DNA of 20,000 nucleotides from an uncultured virus (IMG/VR IMGVR_UViG_3300042691_032560) (IMGVR_UViG_3300042691_032560), one strand, 5' to 3'. Counted from the stretch's first letter, positions 9,101 to 18,186 are shown. Notes: generated from the letters alone by a model not told the origin. A program made the numbers and translations.

Positions 9101-9256
9101 ATGGGACGACCAAAAAAACAAACAGAAGATTGTAAAGTTAAATTCGGTATTAGTTTAGACCGAGAACTATTTGATATAATGGTTAAAGATAAAATTAAAA
9201 AGTCAACCTTGATAAACAAGTTACTTAGAGAATACTATGGAAACAAAAGTGTGTAG
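9101..9256 (+). CDS. Small ribbon-helix-helix-like DNA-binding protein, 51 aa (not in ORF track)
   Basis: MGRPKKQTEDCKVKFGISLDRELFDIMVKDKIKKSTLINKLLREYYGNKSV*: GRPKK basic arm, alternating strand KFGISLD, second helix KSTLINKLLREY; overlaps the HNH start by 20 nt. Confidence 0.75.
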   Translation: MGRPKKQTEDCKVKFGISLDRELFDIMVKDKIKKSTLINKLLREYYGNKSV

Positions 9257-9824
9257 TAAATGTGGTATTGAAAAAGAGGTTTGTGAGTTTTACAACAGAA
9301 AAAAAAGTCGTGATGGAAAAAGACCTGAGTGTAAAATTTGTTCTAATGAATTATCAGTAATTTACAATAAAAAAAACAAACAAAAAATTAACCTTATAAA
9401 ACAAAAATATGTTAACAAAAACAAAGAAAAGGTTAAAACGTCTAAAAAAAAGTGGTTCGAGAAAAATCCAACTTATCAGAAAGAATGGGCTATGTATAAT
9501 TATAAGACCGATATAATATATAGACTGAAGGTCATTATGAGAGCCAGATTACAACTATTTCTTAAATCAAAGAAATCTTTTAAAAAGGGAAAAACATTTG
9601 AAATTATAGGATGTACCCCTGAATTCTTAAAGGAATACATAGAATCTAAATTTACTGAGGGTATGAGTTGGGAGTTAGTTGGTCAATATATCCATATTGA
9701 CCATATAACCCCTTTGTCAATTGCAAAAACTGAGGATGAAATTTTTAAACTATGTCATTATACAAATCTTCAGCCCCTTTGGGCTGAAGATAATTTGAAA
9801 AAAAGTAATAAAGTTATAATTTAA
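9237..9824 (+). CDS. HNH-type (homing) endonuclease with N-terminal Cys4 zinc finger
   Basis: CSKC...CKIC at the N-terminus, Lys-rich helical linker, C-terminal HIDHITPLS...LCHYTNLQPLWAEDNLKKSNK; with the RHH ORF, the only plus-strand genes in the window. Confidence 0.88.
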   Translation: METKVCSKCGIEKEVCEFYNRKKSRDGKRPECKICSNELSVIYNKKNKQKINLIKQKYVNKNKEKVKTSKKKWFEKNPTYQKEWAMYNYKTDIIYRLKVIMRARLQLFLKSKKSFKKGKTFEIIGCTPEFLKEYIESKFTEGMSWELVGQYIHIDHITPLSIAKTEDEIFKLCHYTNLQPLWAEDNLKKSNKVII

Positions 9825-12190
9825 CTTTCTTTTCTAAGTTCGGCCGCGTAGTGTTCAAAACGGTTGTGCTCAGTAGGAGTCATCAATAATATTCCACCAT
9901 TTAAGTTACCCTTTTTAGTTTCCTGATACATAAACGACATCCAAGTCTGTTCGTATGGGTGTGCCCACTTTGTGTCTAAAAACATTTTTTGGTTACCTTT
10001 CTTAGAAATTACTTGTGGCCAGTTGCAGTAATAAATTTCTCCATCGGCATATGGAACTCCATCTAAAGATTTAATATTTTTGAAGACAGTTCTCGGAGCA
10101 TTTGGGTCTAATCCCATTTGAGGTAATTTAGTATTTTGAGGCCAAAACTCTTCTCTAACATGTTGCGGCGTATTATACCATGACCACTGCACCGAATTAT
10201 CACCAAAAAACTCAGAAAAATTGAGCTTCAAAAAATCAAAATTCTCAGATTGAGCAATTCTCATACTTTTATCGTATAAATTACTCACGTATCTATTAAA
10301 CCCATTTCTACATACTTCTCCTTTTTTTGGATAGAAAAACATGTCATCCTCAAACCACCAATAAAATTCTGAGTCTGTCTTATCAAAATGTTCGGCAACA
10401 AATTGTCTACCCCCACATATACCCAAGTTTTCACCAGGATTAATTATTTCAAAATCATACATTGCACACAATTCTTCGTAACCCGAATCAGTACTTCTAT
10501 CCGTTGAGTTATTCAAAAGATATTTCTTTGGTTTTTTGATAAAATCCTCATCATATTCAACCATAGATTGAATTAATGTTTTTAGTTGATTTGGACTATT
10601 AAAACCAATCACATATAGTGATGTCTTACTAATATCTTTAACAGGTTCTCCACTTGGTAATGTGTGTTTAGTTTTGACCTCTAAAGTATCATTTTTCAAA
10701 TCCTCAAAAAATTTACCCATAAGTCCATTATCTTCGATTTCAAAGTAGTTAATTAAATTAGAATACTTGTATAATAATATCGAAAATATTGATTCTTCAG
10801 TGCCCATATATCCATCTGTTAGGGTATTAATCAACATCGAATAATAGATTGAGTTAATTTCAGAAATACTTTCCTTAGGTCCTCCGAAGAATCCTCCTCT
10901 ACCAACCAAATTTACATTTGAACCGGCGTATTCATTTATTTTAGGATAAGAAAACCCATGAATTTCATTTGACGCTTCGTATGGGAAACAAACAAAACTA
11001 AATTTATTAAAATACTTACTCAGTTTATTTTGTACCTTATCGTGAGTAAAATAACCTGGATGAACCGTGTTTGATAATCCTGCATCAATCCAATACATTT
11101 CATCCGAATTAAATTGGTCCATTATTTTTGCATCATGTAGTAAAAACATTTTTGACATGACTAATGGATTATACCATTCTAATTTCGCTTGTGTTGAGTC
11201 GGGAAGCCATCCTGACTGACCGTACCATTCAGGATTGTTTCTAATCTCTTGAATTTTTTCATACGGTACAGATGACTTAAACCATTCTACACTTCTTTCT
11301 ATAAATTGCGTGTTTGATTTACTTCTTCTTTCCCAAACAAAAGACTCTAATTCCTTTTCTCCAAAAATAATTAAGTTAACATTTACTTTTAATAATTCAT
11401 TAAATTTTTCCAAATAATGGTCGAAACTTCTAGACCATCCTTCAGTTAATGAATCTCTTTTAATGTTCCACAATCCTGTTACAAAAGTTGTGTGACTTAA
11501 GTTCTCAGGTTCCATAATTTCTATATTCTCATTTTCTTTAGGTTCATTTATTTTTTCATCAGATTTCATTTTACATACCCAAACAACAGATTGGAATAAA
11601 TCTCTTCTGTAATCAACTAAATTATTTCTATTACATGGTTCCTCAATATCTTTTTCAGTTAATTCTAACCAATTCCAAATTTTAAGATTTATATTATTAT
11701 CAAAATATTCTTTATCGTATGAATAGTCATGTCCTAATATAAAATCATTTTCTTTTAAATAATTTGACAAAATATTAAATTCTAATTTTTTATTACCACC
11801 ATCACACAATACAATTGTAGTTCCTTCAGATTGAATAAAGTCAATAACACTTTGTGAAACTGTAGTATAATTTGAGTCAAAAATATTTTCAACGCTCACA
11901 TCAACTCCAAATTCTTTTAATTTTTCATATGTATGATTTTCATTTATATCAAATGACATTATTTCACAATCTATATTTAGAGAATTACAAGTATCTTTTA
12001 AAAAATAAGTAAATCCACCTAGAGCAGTTCCTATTTCTAAAATTCTTTTAGGTCTGGTCTCCTTTATGAAATAAAAGAAAATTTCGAATGCGTTATGATT
12101 TTGTTGGGCAACCCATTCATTATTATAAACCGACAAACTATCGTTATCTACTAAATTACTTTTTTTAGTTATCTTATTTTGAAAAATCAT
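9821..12190 (-). CDS. Three-domain fusion: class I SAM methyltransferase + HtrL/YibB(WlaTC)-like glycosyltransferase + GT2-like (GT-A) glycosyltransferase
   Basis: RPKRILEIGTALGG and LCDGG (methyltransferase); TTFVTGLWNIKR...RSFDHYLEKF...YWIDAG...GGFFGG...MGTEE (HtrL-like); NNSTD...ENLGICGGR...WWFEDDMF (GT-A). Confidence 0.75.
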   Translation of the reverse strand: MIFQNKITKKSNLVDNDSLSVYNNEWVAQQNHNAFEIFFYFIKETRPKRILEIGTALGGFTYFLKDTCNSLNIDCEIMSFDINENHTYEKLKEFGVDVSVENIFDSNYTTVSQSVIDFIQSEGTTIVLCDGGNKKLEFNILSNYLKENDFILGHDYSYDKEYFDNNINLKIWNWLELTEKDIEEPCNRNNLVDYRRDLFQSVVWVCKMKSDEKINEPKENENIEIMEPENLSHTTFVTGLWNIKRDSLTEGWSRSFDHYLEKFNELLKVNVNLIIFGEKELESFVWERRSKSNTQFIERSVEWFKSSVPYEKIQEIRNNPEWYGQSGWLPDSTQAKLEWYNPLVMSKMFLLHDAKIMDQFNSDEMYWIDAGLSNTVHPGYFTHDKVQNKLSKYFNKFSFVCFPYEASNEIHGFSYPKINEYAGSNVNLVGRGGFFGGPKESISEINSIYYSMLINTLTDGYMGTEESIFSILLYKYSNLINYFEIEDNGLMGKFFEDLKNDTLEVKTKHTLPSGEPVKDISKTSLYVIGFNSPNQLKTLIQSMVEYDEDFIKKPKKYLLNNSTDRSTDSGYEELCAMYDFEIINPGENLGICGGRQFVAEHFDKTDSEFYWWFEDDMFFYPKKGEVCRNGFNRYVSNLYDKSMRIAQSENFDFLKLNFSEFFGDNSVQWSWYNTPQHVREEFWPQNTKLPQMGLDPNAPRTVFKNIKSLDGVPYADGEIYYCNWPQVISKKGNQKMFLDTKWAHPYEQTWMSFMYQETKKGNLNGGILLMTPTEHNRFEHYAAELRKES

Positions 12191-12208
12191 GTTTAATATT
12201 TTTAATGT

Positions 12209-12808
12209 TTATTTATATAATGTAGATTGGGGCCAAGTTGTCCATTCAATTGATGGGTCCTCAAATTTAAATTCATTTTTTAAGTGAGATATTGAATTAT
12301 GTAGATATATGTCATCCTGCCCTCCACACAAAGAACCAATTAATGTGTAACCTTTAGACTGTAAAAATTCGCGGCTTTTTGAGATTCTGTAATAATCACC
12401 TTCTCTACCAGTGTCAATCTCAAATGAGATTACGTTGAAATTATACTCGTCAAAAGGTATTTTATATAAACATTCTAGCGTTAATTCTGGTGGTTCTAAA
12501 TCCAAGCTTAAATAATCAACATTATATGGTAAATTATTATTTTTAAATAAATCAGAATAATTTATTGTTAGAGCATCAGAAAGAATTCTTTTAGTTTTAC
12601 GTATACTTTCCCATCCTTCACCATTATCCTCTTTACAATCATTTAAATCGATAGATATTCCGTTCCAGTTATATTTACTTTCTAATAAATAAGTATTGTT
12701 AATATTTTTAGGATATCCGCAACCAATATCTACAAAAAAACCATTTTGTTTATTTTTTAAGTATTTTAAAACTATTTTATCTTGACCAATTTGTGAAAAA
12801 CAATCCAT
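12209..12808 (-). CDS. FkbM-family-like SAM methyltransferase
   Basis: FSQIGQD, GFFVDIGC, NNTYLLE...WNGISID, VDYLSLDLE, FNVISFE motifs. Confidence 0.8.
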   Translation of the reverse strand: MDCFSQIGQDKIVLKYLKNKQNGFFVDIGCGYPKNINNTYLLESKYNWNGISIDLNDCKEDNGEGWESIRKTKRILSDALTINYSDLFKNNNLPYNVDYLSLDLEPPELTLECLYKIPFDEYNFNVISFEIDTGREGDYYRISKSREFLQSKGYTLIGSLCGGQDDIYLHNSISHLKNEFKFEDPSIEWTTWPQSTLYK

Positions 12809-12816
12809 AATATTTT

Positions 12817-13713
12817 TTAATTAGTTATTAAATTTTTTATTTTAGTATCCCAGTCCTTATGATAATGATTATGAGCAACACCGTATGTTAAAAAGTTTGA
12901 TAGACTTTTACTAACAGTGAAAATATTATCACATCTTGAAAATAAGGTCATTTCTGCCACAATTTGTCTAGCGTGATTAATATTAATCATTTCTTCATAA
13001 TTTTTATTATATGAATAATGTAAATCTAAGTCACTATCAAATGTATTATAAAATGTATTTTTGAAATTTTTTGTAATATGTTTTACTAAACTTTTATTGT
13101 TAGAACAAATCATTATATCCTGATTATTATTCATTTCAATAAATTCGTAAACCCTATTAATCATTGAGTTATAAAAAACATCTTCGAGTACAATATCATA
13201 ATCTGAAAGAATAAATAAATCGTCACATCTAAAATGAACAGATTTAATTTTTGATTTTTTTTCTATAAACTTATTTCCAATTTCAAGTACTTCTTCATTT
13301 ATAAACTGATAATCAAAATCAGGTAATTTTTCAGGACAAAAAGACGAGTAAGAGTTTCTGCGAAAACCAAAATAGTCAAAAACAGGTAATTCATATTCAT
13401 TAATTTCATCGATTATTTTGTCAACAAATATTTTTATTGCGTTTTGACCGGTGTTTAAATATAAAAAACCGTCTGAAATCTCAGACTCATTATGTATATA
13501 ATTTATTTTTATATTCATTTTTTTAAAAAGACTAAAGTCATAAAGATAATCTAAAGGTAAATCTGGAGAAAAGTATAAATTTTTATTTATCCATAAAATT
13601 TCAACTTCGTACCCGAAATTAGTAAAATCTTTACATGCTTTGTATCCTGTCAAAATATTTGCATATTGGTCCCCGAATCCTGAAATGCAATGGAGAATAA
13701 TTTTAGCCCTCAT
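12817..13713 (-). CDS. Putative fucosyltransferase-like (GT11/GT23/O-FucT, GT-B) glycosyltransferase
   Basis: N-terminal SGFGDQ, SVHFRCDD, ICSNN, AEMTLFSRCD...SNF match GDP-fucose-binding motifs of that superfamily. ATG at 13713 (MRAKIILH) preferred over 13758. Confidence 0.6.
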   Translation of the reverse strand: MRAKIILHCISGFGDQYANILTGYKACKDFTNFGYEVEILWINKNLYFSPDLPLDYLYDFSLFKKMNIKINYIHNESEISDGFLYLNTGQNAIKIFVDKIIDEINEYELPVFDYFGFRRNSYSSFCPEKLPDFDYQFINEEVLEIGNKFIEKKSKIKSVHFRCDDLFILSDYDIVLEDVFYNSMINRVYEFIEMNNNQDIMICSNNKSLVKHITKNFKNTFYNTFDSDLDLHYSYNKNYEEMININHARQIVAEMTLFSRCDNIFTVSKSLSNFLTYGVAHNHYHKDWDTKIKNLITN

Positions 13714-15955
13714 TTCTTTTTTTAATAAATGAACCCCATACGACTTGTAAAAAATCATCAGGCATAAAAGGTTCTAAATTATTTTCCTTAACTGAGATTT
13801 CAATATCTGAAAATTTTGATTCGTGCCAATTCCAAATTTTATTTAAAAATTTTTCTTGAAACTCGTGTTCATCTGTAATATAATCATGTAACATGATTAT
13901 ATCACCATCATTCAGTATTTTTGAAAGAGCGTTGAATTCATTTTTTTTATCCCCTCCGTCACATAATATTATGTTAACCCCGTCATCTGACATAAACTCT
14001 TTGAGTTCTTTGGTAGAATTTTCTGATAATCTAAATGGATTATATAAAAATAAATCTTTTTTTATAATTTCAACGTTATCTTTTAACTCAGGGTGACTTA
14101 AAAGAAAAACTGGGTCTTTTATATCATAAGTTCTTATGATAGTATCTAAATTTAATTCATGTACAATGTCTTGTAACAAAAGTGTTAGCCCACCGAACTC
14201 AGTACCAATTTCTATAATTTTTTTTGGTTTAGTCGTTTCTAACAATTTCTTAAATTTATCATTTATATTTCTATGTTGTAACATAGAAAGTCCTTTATAA
14301 TTAAAGGAGCCGTGAACATAACTTTCAATTTCTGTATGATTTTGTTCCATATCAACCGTGTTTTCTATAATTTTAATACCAAAATAGTCTAATTCGCCTC
14401 CATCATGACTTATTCTACAATATTTTGTAAATTCATCGAATGGAGTTATTCCAATCATTTTCATACCTGAGTATATCGCCGATGTTCCAAAATAAACACC
14501 ATCATGGTATGTAAAATAATCGTTGTTTTTATAAGAAACTAAATCCCAAAAATGTAAAAATTTAATTAATTTTTCATTTTTTTTGAAAATGACTCTAGTT
14601 TCGGCCGGATTTGGAGCGTTATCTAATTCATCATAATATAGTTCATTAAATTCAATATCTATCTTATCCTGAAAATGTTTATAAATAGACCTCAATCCAC
14701 CCAATTGGGGATTGGCGTGGGAAACAAATGCCACATCAAAATCTTCATTACATTTTTCTATAAAACTATCATTATCCCATCCTGTTATAAAACAATCACA
14801 ATCATTATAAAAAATAATTTCATATCCTAAATTTAATGATAATTTAATTGGTAACCGTTTTAGGTGCATATTAAAAAAGTTTGCCGATGTTAAAGGCTCA
14901 TTAAAATTATCGTAGTAATTAAAAAATTTAACTCGGTAATTTTTTATTTCCTCAAATTGTTTCATTTGGTTAGTTAATATGACTAAATCATATTTTGTAT
15001 ATTTTAAATAACTTTCTATAAGATTTTTAGTTTTTTCGACATAATGACTTCCACCATTAATCTCAATACAAGAGGTTGCGATGCAAATTTTAGAGGAGGA
15101 TTTTATTTTAAAAATTTCATAAAAATACTTAATAATTAAACTATTTGTTTCTGGATTATTTCTATTATACCAATCATCAAATTTTAATGGCGTAAACAGT
15201 ACAGGATTATTAAAATACATAAAAGACATAATCAATTCTTCATGATATAATTCGGATTCATTTGTTAATAATGAAAAAAGTATTTTTTCAAATTGATTTT
15301 TAAATTCTACCATTAAGCTTACGTTTCCCCCAAAAAAACCACCAATAATATGTTCACTATTGTTATAACTGTCATAATACTTTGTTGGAATTGAGGAGCT
15401 CCAATAAAATCTACCGCTGTTGTTTTTACTAACAATCACAATTTTGTCTTTAGTTATTGTATTTAAGTAATTTAAATAATCTTCATTAAATACTGTAAAT
15501 GAAAAATGTTTTTGGAACCCTTGTCCATAAGAATACTCTTCAGGAAATAACCCCCCATGGGATAGTCCGGCATCAAACCAATAAATTTTTTCATAGTCTT
15601 CAATATTTGTAATGTTTTCCAACCAAAAAAATTTATTATATTGTATTTCATAACATCTATCCGAAGTTATAATTTCTGACAAATTTTTTAAATTTCTAAT
15701 TTCATTGAAAAAACGACTTTCAGTTAAATCAAAAACAATAAATTCTAATTTATCTTCTGAAATTTTATTTATTTCATAAAACCAAGATTTTAACTCACCC
15801 AGTTCTTCCTCGCTAGTGAAACATATTAGTTTATCAGGATTAAGTTTTAAAATTGATAATAAACTATATTTATAATGCAATTCTCTGCTAGGTCTCCCTC
15901 CAAATTCGGTACCCCATAGGTTAGAATATATTGATGTATATATTAAAGTTTTCAT
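13703..15955 (-). CDS. Three-domain fusion: HtrL-like glycosyltransferase + DxD GT-A domain + C-terminal SAM methyltransferase
   Basis: YWFDAGLSHG...IIGGFFGGN...HEE; central IFYNDCDCF; C-terminal KPKKIIEIGTEFGG...LCDGGDKKNEF...HDY...KIWNW. Confidence 0.72.
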   Translation of the reverse strand: MKTLIYTSIYSNLWGTEFGGRPSRELHYKYSLLSILKLNPDKLICFTSEEELGELKSWFYEINKISEDKLEFIVFDLTESRFFNEIRNLKNLSEIITSDRCYEIQYNKFFWLENITNIEDYEKIYWFDAGLSHGGLFPEEYSYGQGFQKHFSFTVFNEDYLNYLNTITKDKIVIVSKNNSGRFYWSSSIPTKYYDSYNNSEHIIGGFFGGNVSLMVEFKNQFEKILFSLLTNESELYHEELIMSFMYFNNPVLFTPLKFDDWYNRNNPETNSLIIKYFYEIFKIKSSSKICIATSCIEINGGSHYVEKTKNLIESYLKYTKYDLVILTNQMKQFEEIKNYRVKFFNYYDNFNEPLTSANFFNMHLKRLPIKLSLNLGYEIIFYNDCDCFITGWDNDSFIEKCNEDFDVAFVSHANPQLGGLRSIYKHFQDKIDIEFNELYYDELDNAPNPAETRVIFKKNEKLIKFLHFWDLVSYKNNDYFTYHDGVYFGTSAIYSGMKMIGITPFDEFTKYCRISHDGGELDYFGIKIIENTVDMEQNHTEIESYVHGSFNYKGLSMLQHRNINDKFKKLLETTKPKKIIEIGTEFGGLTLLLQDIVHELNLDTIIRTYDIKDPVFLLSHPELKDNVEIIKKDLFLYNPFRLSENSTKELKEFMSDDGVNIILCDGGDKKNEFNALSKILNDGDIIMLHDYITDEHEFQEKFLNKIWNWHESKFSDIEISVKENNLEPFMPDDFLQVVWGSFIKKRNEG

Positions 15956-16896
15956 AATATTTCATTTATTAATTTAATTGAGTTTTCTAATCTTGATTTT
16001 TTTGATAAATTCTTTTCATAATATTTTCTTGCGTTTTCGCCAACAAATTTTAAATATTCTTTATCGTTAATTATTTCTTTAAATTTACTCTCAATAATTT
16101 TTGCGTGATTAAATTCTCCTAATCTGTCTGTAAAAACTTCGTTATGTTTTGGGATAGAATTATCATACGGTATTGAAATATAATGATGTCCTGGTATTAA
16201 TGGCTCAATTAATTGAGACTGGAACTCAAACCGTATAAATGGAATTCCTAATGCCATATATTCCACATCCCTATAACATAATTCTCCGACCCCCGCAATT
16301 GATAAACCAATGCTGTAATTTATTAGCTCATTAAAATAGTCATTAGTATTTATCGGATTTAATCCTTCTAAAATGTTTCTATCAAAATGGTTAATAATTG
16401 GTCTATGTGCGGTTGCCCCCCTAAAAAATAATTTATCAACAAATGAGTTTTTCTCCTTTCTTTTTTGGTAAAATTGCTCTAAATCAACATCAAAACTAGG
16501 AAAATAAATCCAAGGAGAATATTTTTCAAAATAATCATCTACGTGATGTTTTATTTTATAGTCTATAAATTGAGAAACAAAAACTTTTTTTAGTTTTGGG
16601 TTACTTCTCTCATCTAATATACAGTGTGTTAAATCATCTGCCACTGAAAAAATTAAAAAATCACCCGTTTCAATATTTTCTATGAGATATTCGCATTCTA
16701 ACATTAATAATCCGTCTTGTTTTGATAAAGATTTAAAATTCACATTAAATCTATCAAAATGAGCTTGCTCAAAAAATCTGTTTTCATAAACTTCGTTATT
16801 TTTTTTTAGTTCAATAGTTAAATCATCCCAAAAAACATTATAATCACGATTTTTTTTTGTAATCTCATTAGTTGGATTATGGATTCTTAATTTCAT
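15952..16896 (-). CDS. Putative GT-B glycosyltransferase (GT90/CAP10 or Glyco_trans_1_2-like C-terminus)
   Basis: KLFFRG, GLSIAGVGELCYRDVEYMALG, LIPGHHYISI, VGENARKYYEKNL; ATGA overlap with the next gene. Confidence 0.65.
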   Translation of the reverse strand: MKLRIHNPTNEITKKNRDYNVFWDDLTIELKKNNEVYENRFFEQAHFDRFNVNFKSLSKQDGLLMLECEYLIENIETGDFLIFSVADDLTHCILDERSNPKLKKVFVSQFIDYKIKHHVDDYFEKYSPWIYFPSFDVDLEQFYQKRKEKNSFVDKLFFRGATAHRPIINHFDRNILEGLNPINTNDYFNELINYSIGLSIAGVGELCYRDVEYMALGIPFIRFEFQSQLIEPLIPGHHYISIPYDNSIPKHNEVFTDRLGEFNHAKIIESKFKEIINDKEYLKFVGENARKYYEKNLSKKSRLENSIKLINEIL

Positions 16897-16902
16897 ATTA
16901 AA

Positions 16903-18153
16903 TTAATATAAATTTCCGCTTATTCTCTCACACCATCCTTTAGATACTGAGTATGGCCAAACTACCCAATACTTTGGTTTCTTTGAGGTTTCAAATTCTC
17001 TCCAAACTTTGCAGTAACCATCGGGGTCATTCATCATCATATTAATTTCACCAGGGTCAGCATCTTTTCTATAAATTGTCTCATCATTTTCATCATGGAA
17101 AGCAACTACCCAAAATTCATAGTCAGTTTCAGGTACTTGAGAATAACCAACATCAATACAGTGCTTGAATATTGCCGCAAAATCGTTCATCCATTCTTCT
17201 TCACTTGCGTAGTTATATGGATTTGGTGGATATTCTTTATCTAAAGTGTATTGTTGTACTGCTCTTTTTGAGAATAACAAACCTGAATATTTTTCATAAT
17301 CTCTTAAACTTCTGATTGGACCAAATCCATATTTACCATGGTCCATCTCTCCTTCATCATCCATTCCAAACAATGAGCGATTCTTTTTGTGACAGTAGTC
17401 ATTTTTCTTACCCCAATCTCTAACATCATCCCACTGTTTAACTCTACCTTTACGAGTATATTCATGCCATACAAGAACTTTATGAGGGTGGAATAAATCA
17501 TAACCCCAGGTATACGCTCTTGCGGCTATCGAAATCTCTTCTCCGTGGAAATAAAAATCAGGGTCATGTTGAACTTCTTCACTAAACGCTCCTAGTGTAA
17601 AACAGAAGTGAGCCGAATAGAAACGAGCCGGAATTGGTTTTGTCATCATCTGCCATCCAGGAATTGATTCTGGTAAAAAGAATACTGCCCCTTCAGGAAT
17701 AAAACGGTCAAATACCATTCTCCATGGTTCTCTAACGCGACCTTGTGGGTCATTATCAGGGTCAAAAGATGAAACGTAACCTGTCAATAATGGTTTTGGG
17801 TAACCATCTTTTTGAAGTTGTTTAATCATTGAAATAAACTCAACATCCCAATCCTTTTCAAACCTCATATGTGAATCGATTTGCATTGTATATTCTTCAC
17901 CTTCGTACAATTGTTGAGTTAAATTTCTTGCCCAACAAACTCCTTCAGAATCCATATGAGGAATATCTAAAACTCTAAATCTTTTATCTTTTTTCCATTC
18001 TGAAAGGTCATCAAAACCGTCCTCAGGGTGAAATTGACGAGCAATACCGAATCTTAAATTTTTTGGTTTTTTTGCATTTTCCAACATACTTTTAATTGTT
18101 GGGACGAGCTCAGGGTCTCTGTAACTTGCGATTTGTACGAATATTCTGTTCAT
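16903..18153 (-). CDS. GT60-family polypeptide alpha-GlcNAc transferase-like protein (Gnt1/Skp1-hydroxyproline GlcNAc-transferase family)
   Basis: IFVQIASYRDPEL, GVCWARNLTQQLYEGEEYTMQIDSHMRF (DSH motif), FYFHGEEISIAARAYTWGYDLFHP, VWHEY. Confidence 0.88.
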   Translation of the reverse strand: MNRIFVQIASYRDPELVPTIKSMLENAKKPKNLRFGIARQFHPEDGFDDLSEWKKDKRFRVLDIPHMDSEGVCWARNLTQQLYEGEEYTMQIDSHMRFEKDWDVEFISMIKQLQKDGYPKPLLTGYVSSFDPDNDPQGRVREPWRMVFDRFIPEGAVFFLPESIPGWQMMTKPIPARFYSAHFCFTLGAFSEEVQHDPDFYFHGEEISIAARAYTWGYDLFHPHKVLVWHEYTRKGRVKQWDDVRDWGKKNDYCHKKNRSLFGMDDEGEMDHGKYGFGPIRSLRDYEKYSGLLFSKRAVQQYTLDKEYPPNPYNYASEEEWMNDFAAIFKHCIDVGYSQVPETDYEFWVVAFHDENDETIYRKDADPGEINMMMNDPDGYCKVWREFETSKKPKYWVVWPYSVSKGWCERISGNLY

Positions 18154-18186
18154 AATTAAATCTTATATTTTTTAATAAAATTTAAA

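Noticed and set aside
13714..13758. Longer N-terminus of the 313-aa ORF
   Set aside because: Would overlap the upstream gene by 56 nt; ATG at 13713 places the GFGDQ motif at the usual N-terminal position.
13893..14096. 67-aa plus-strand ORF
   Set aside because: Antisense to the methyltransferase domain; no motif.
17304..17501. 65-aa minus-strand ORF
   Set aside because: Alternative frame inside the GT60 gene.
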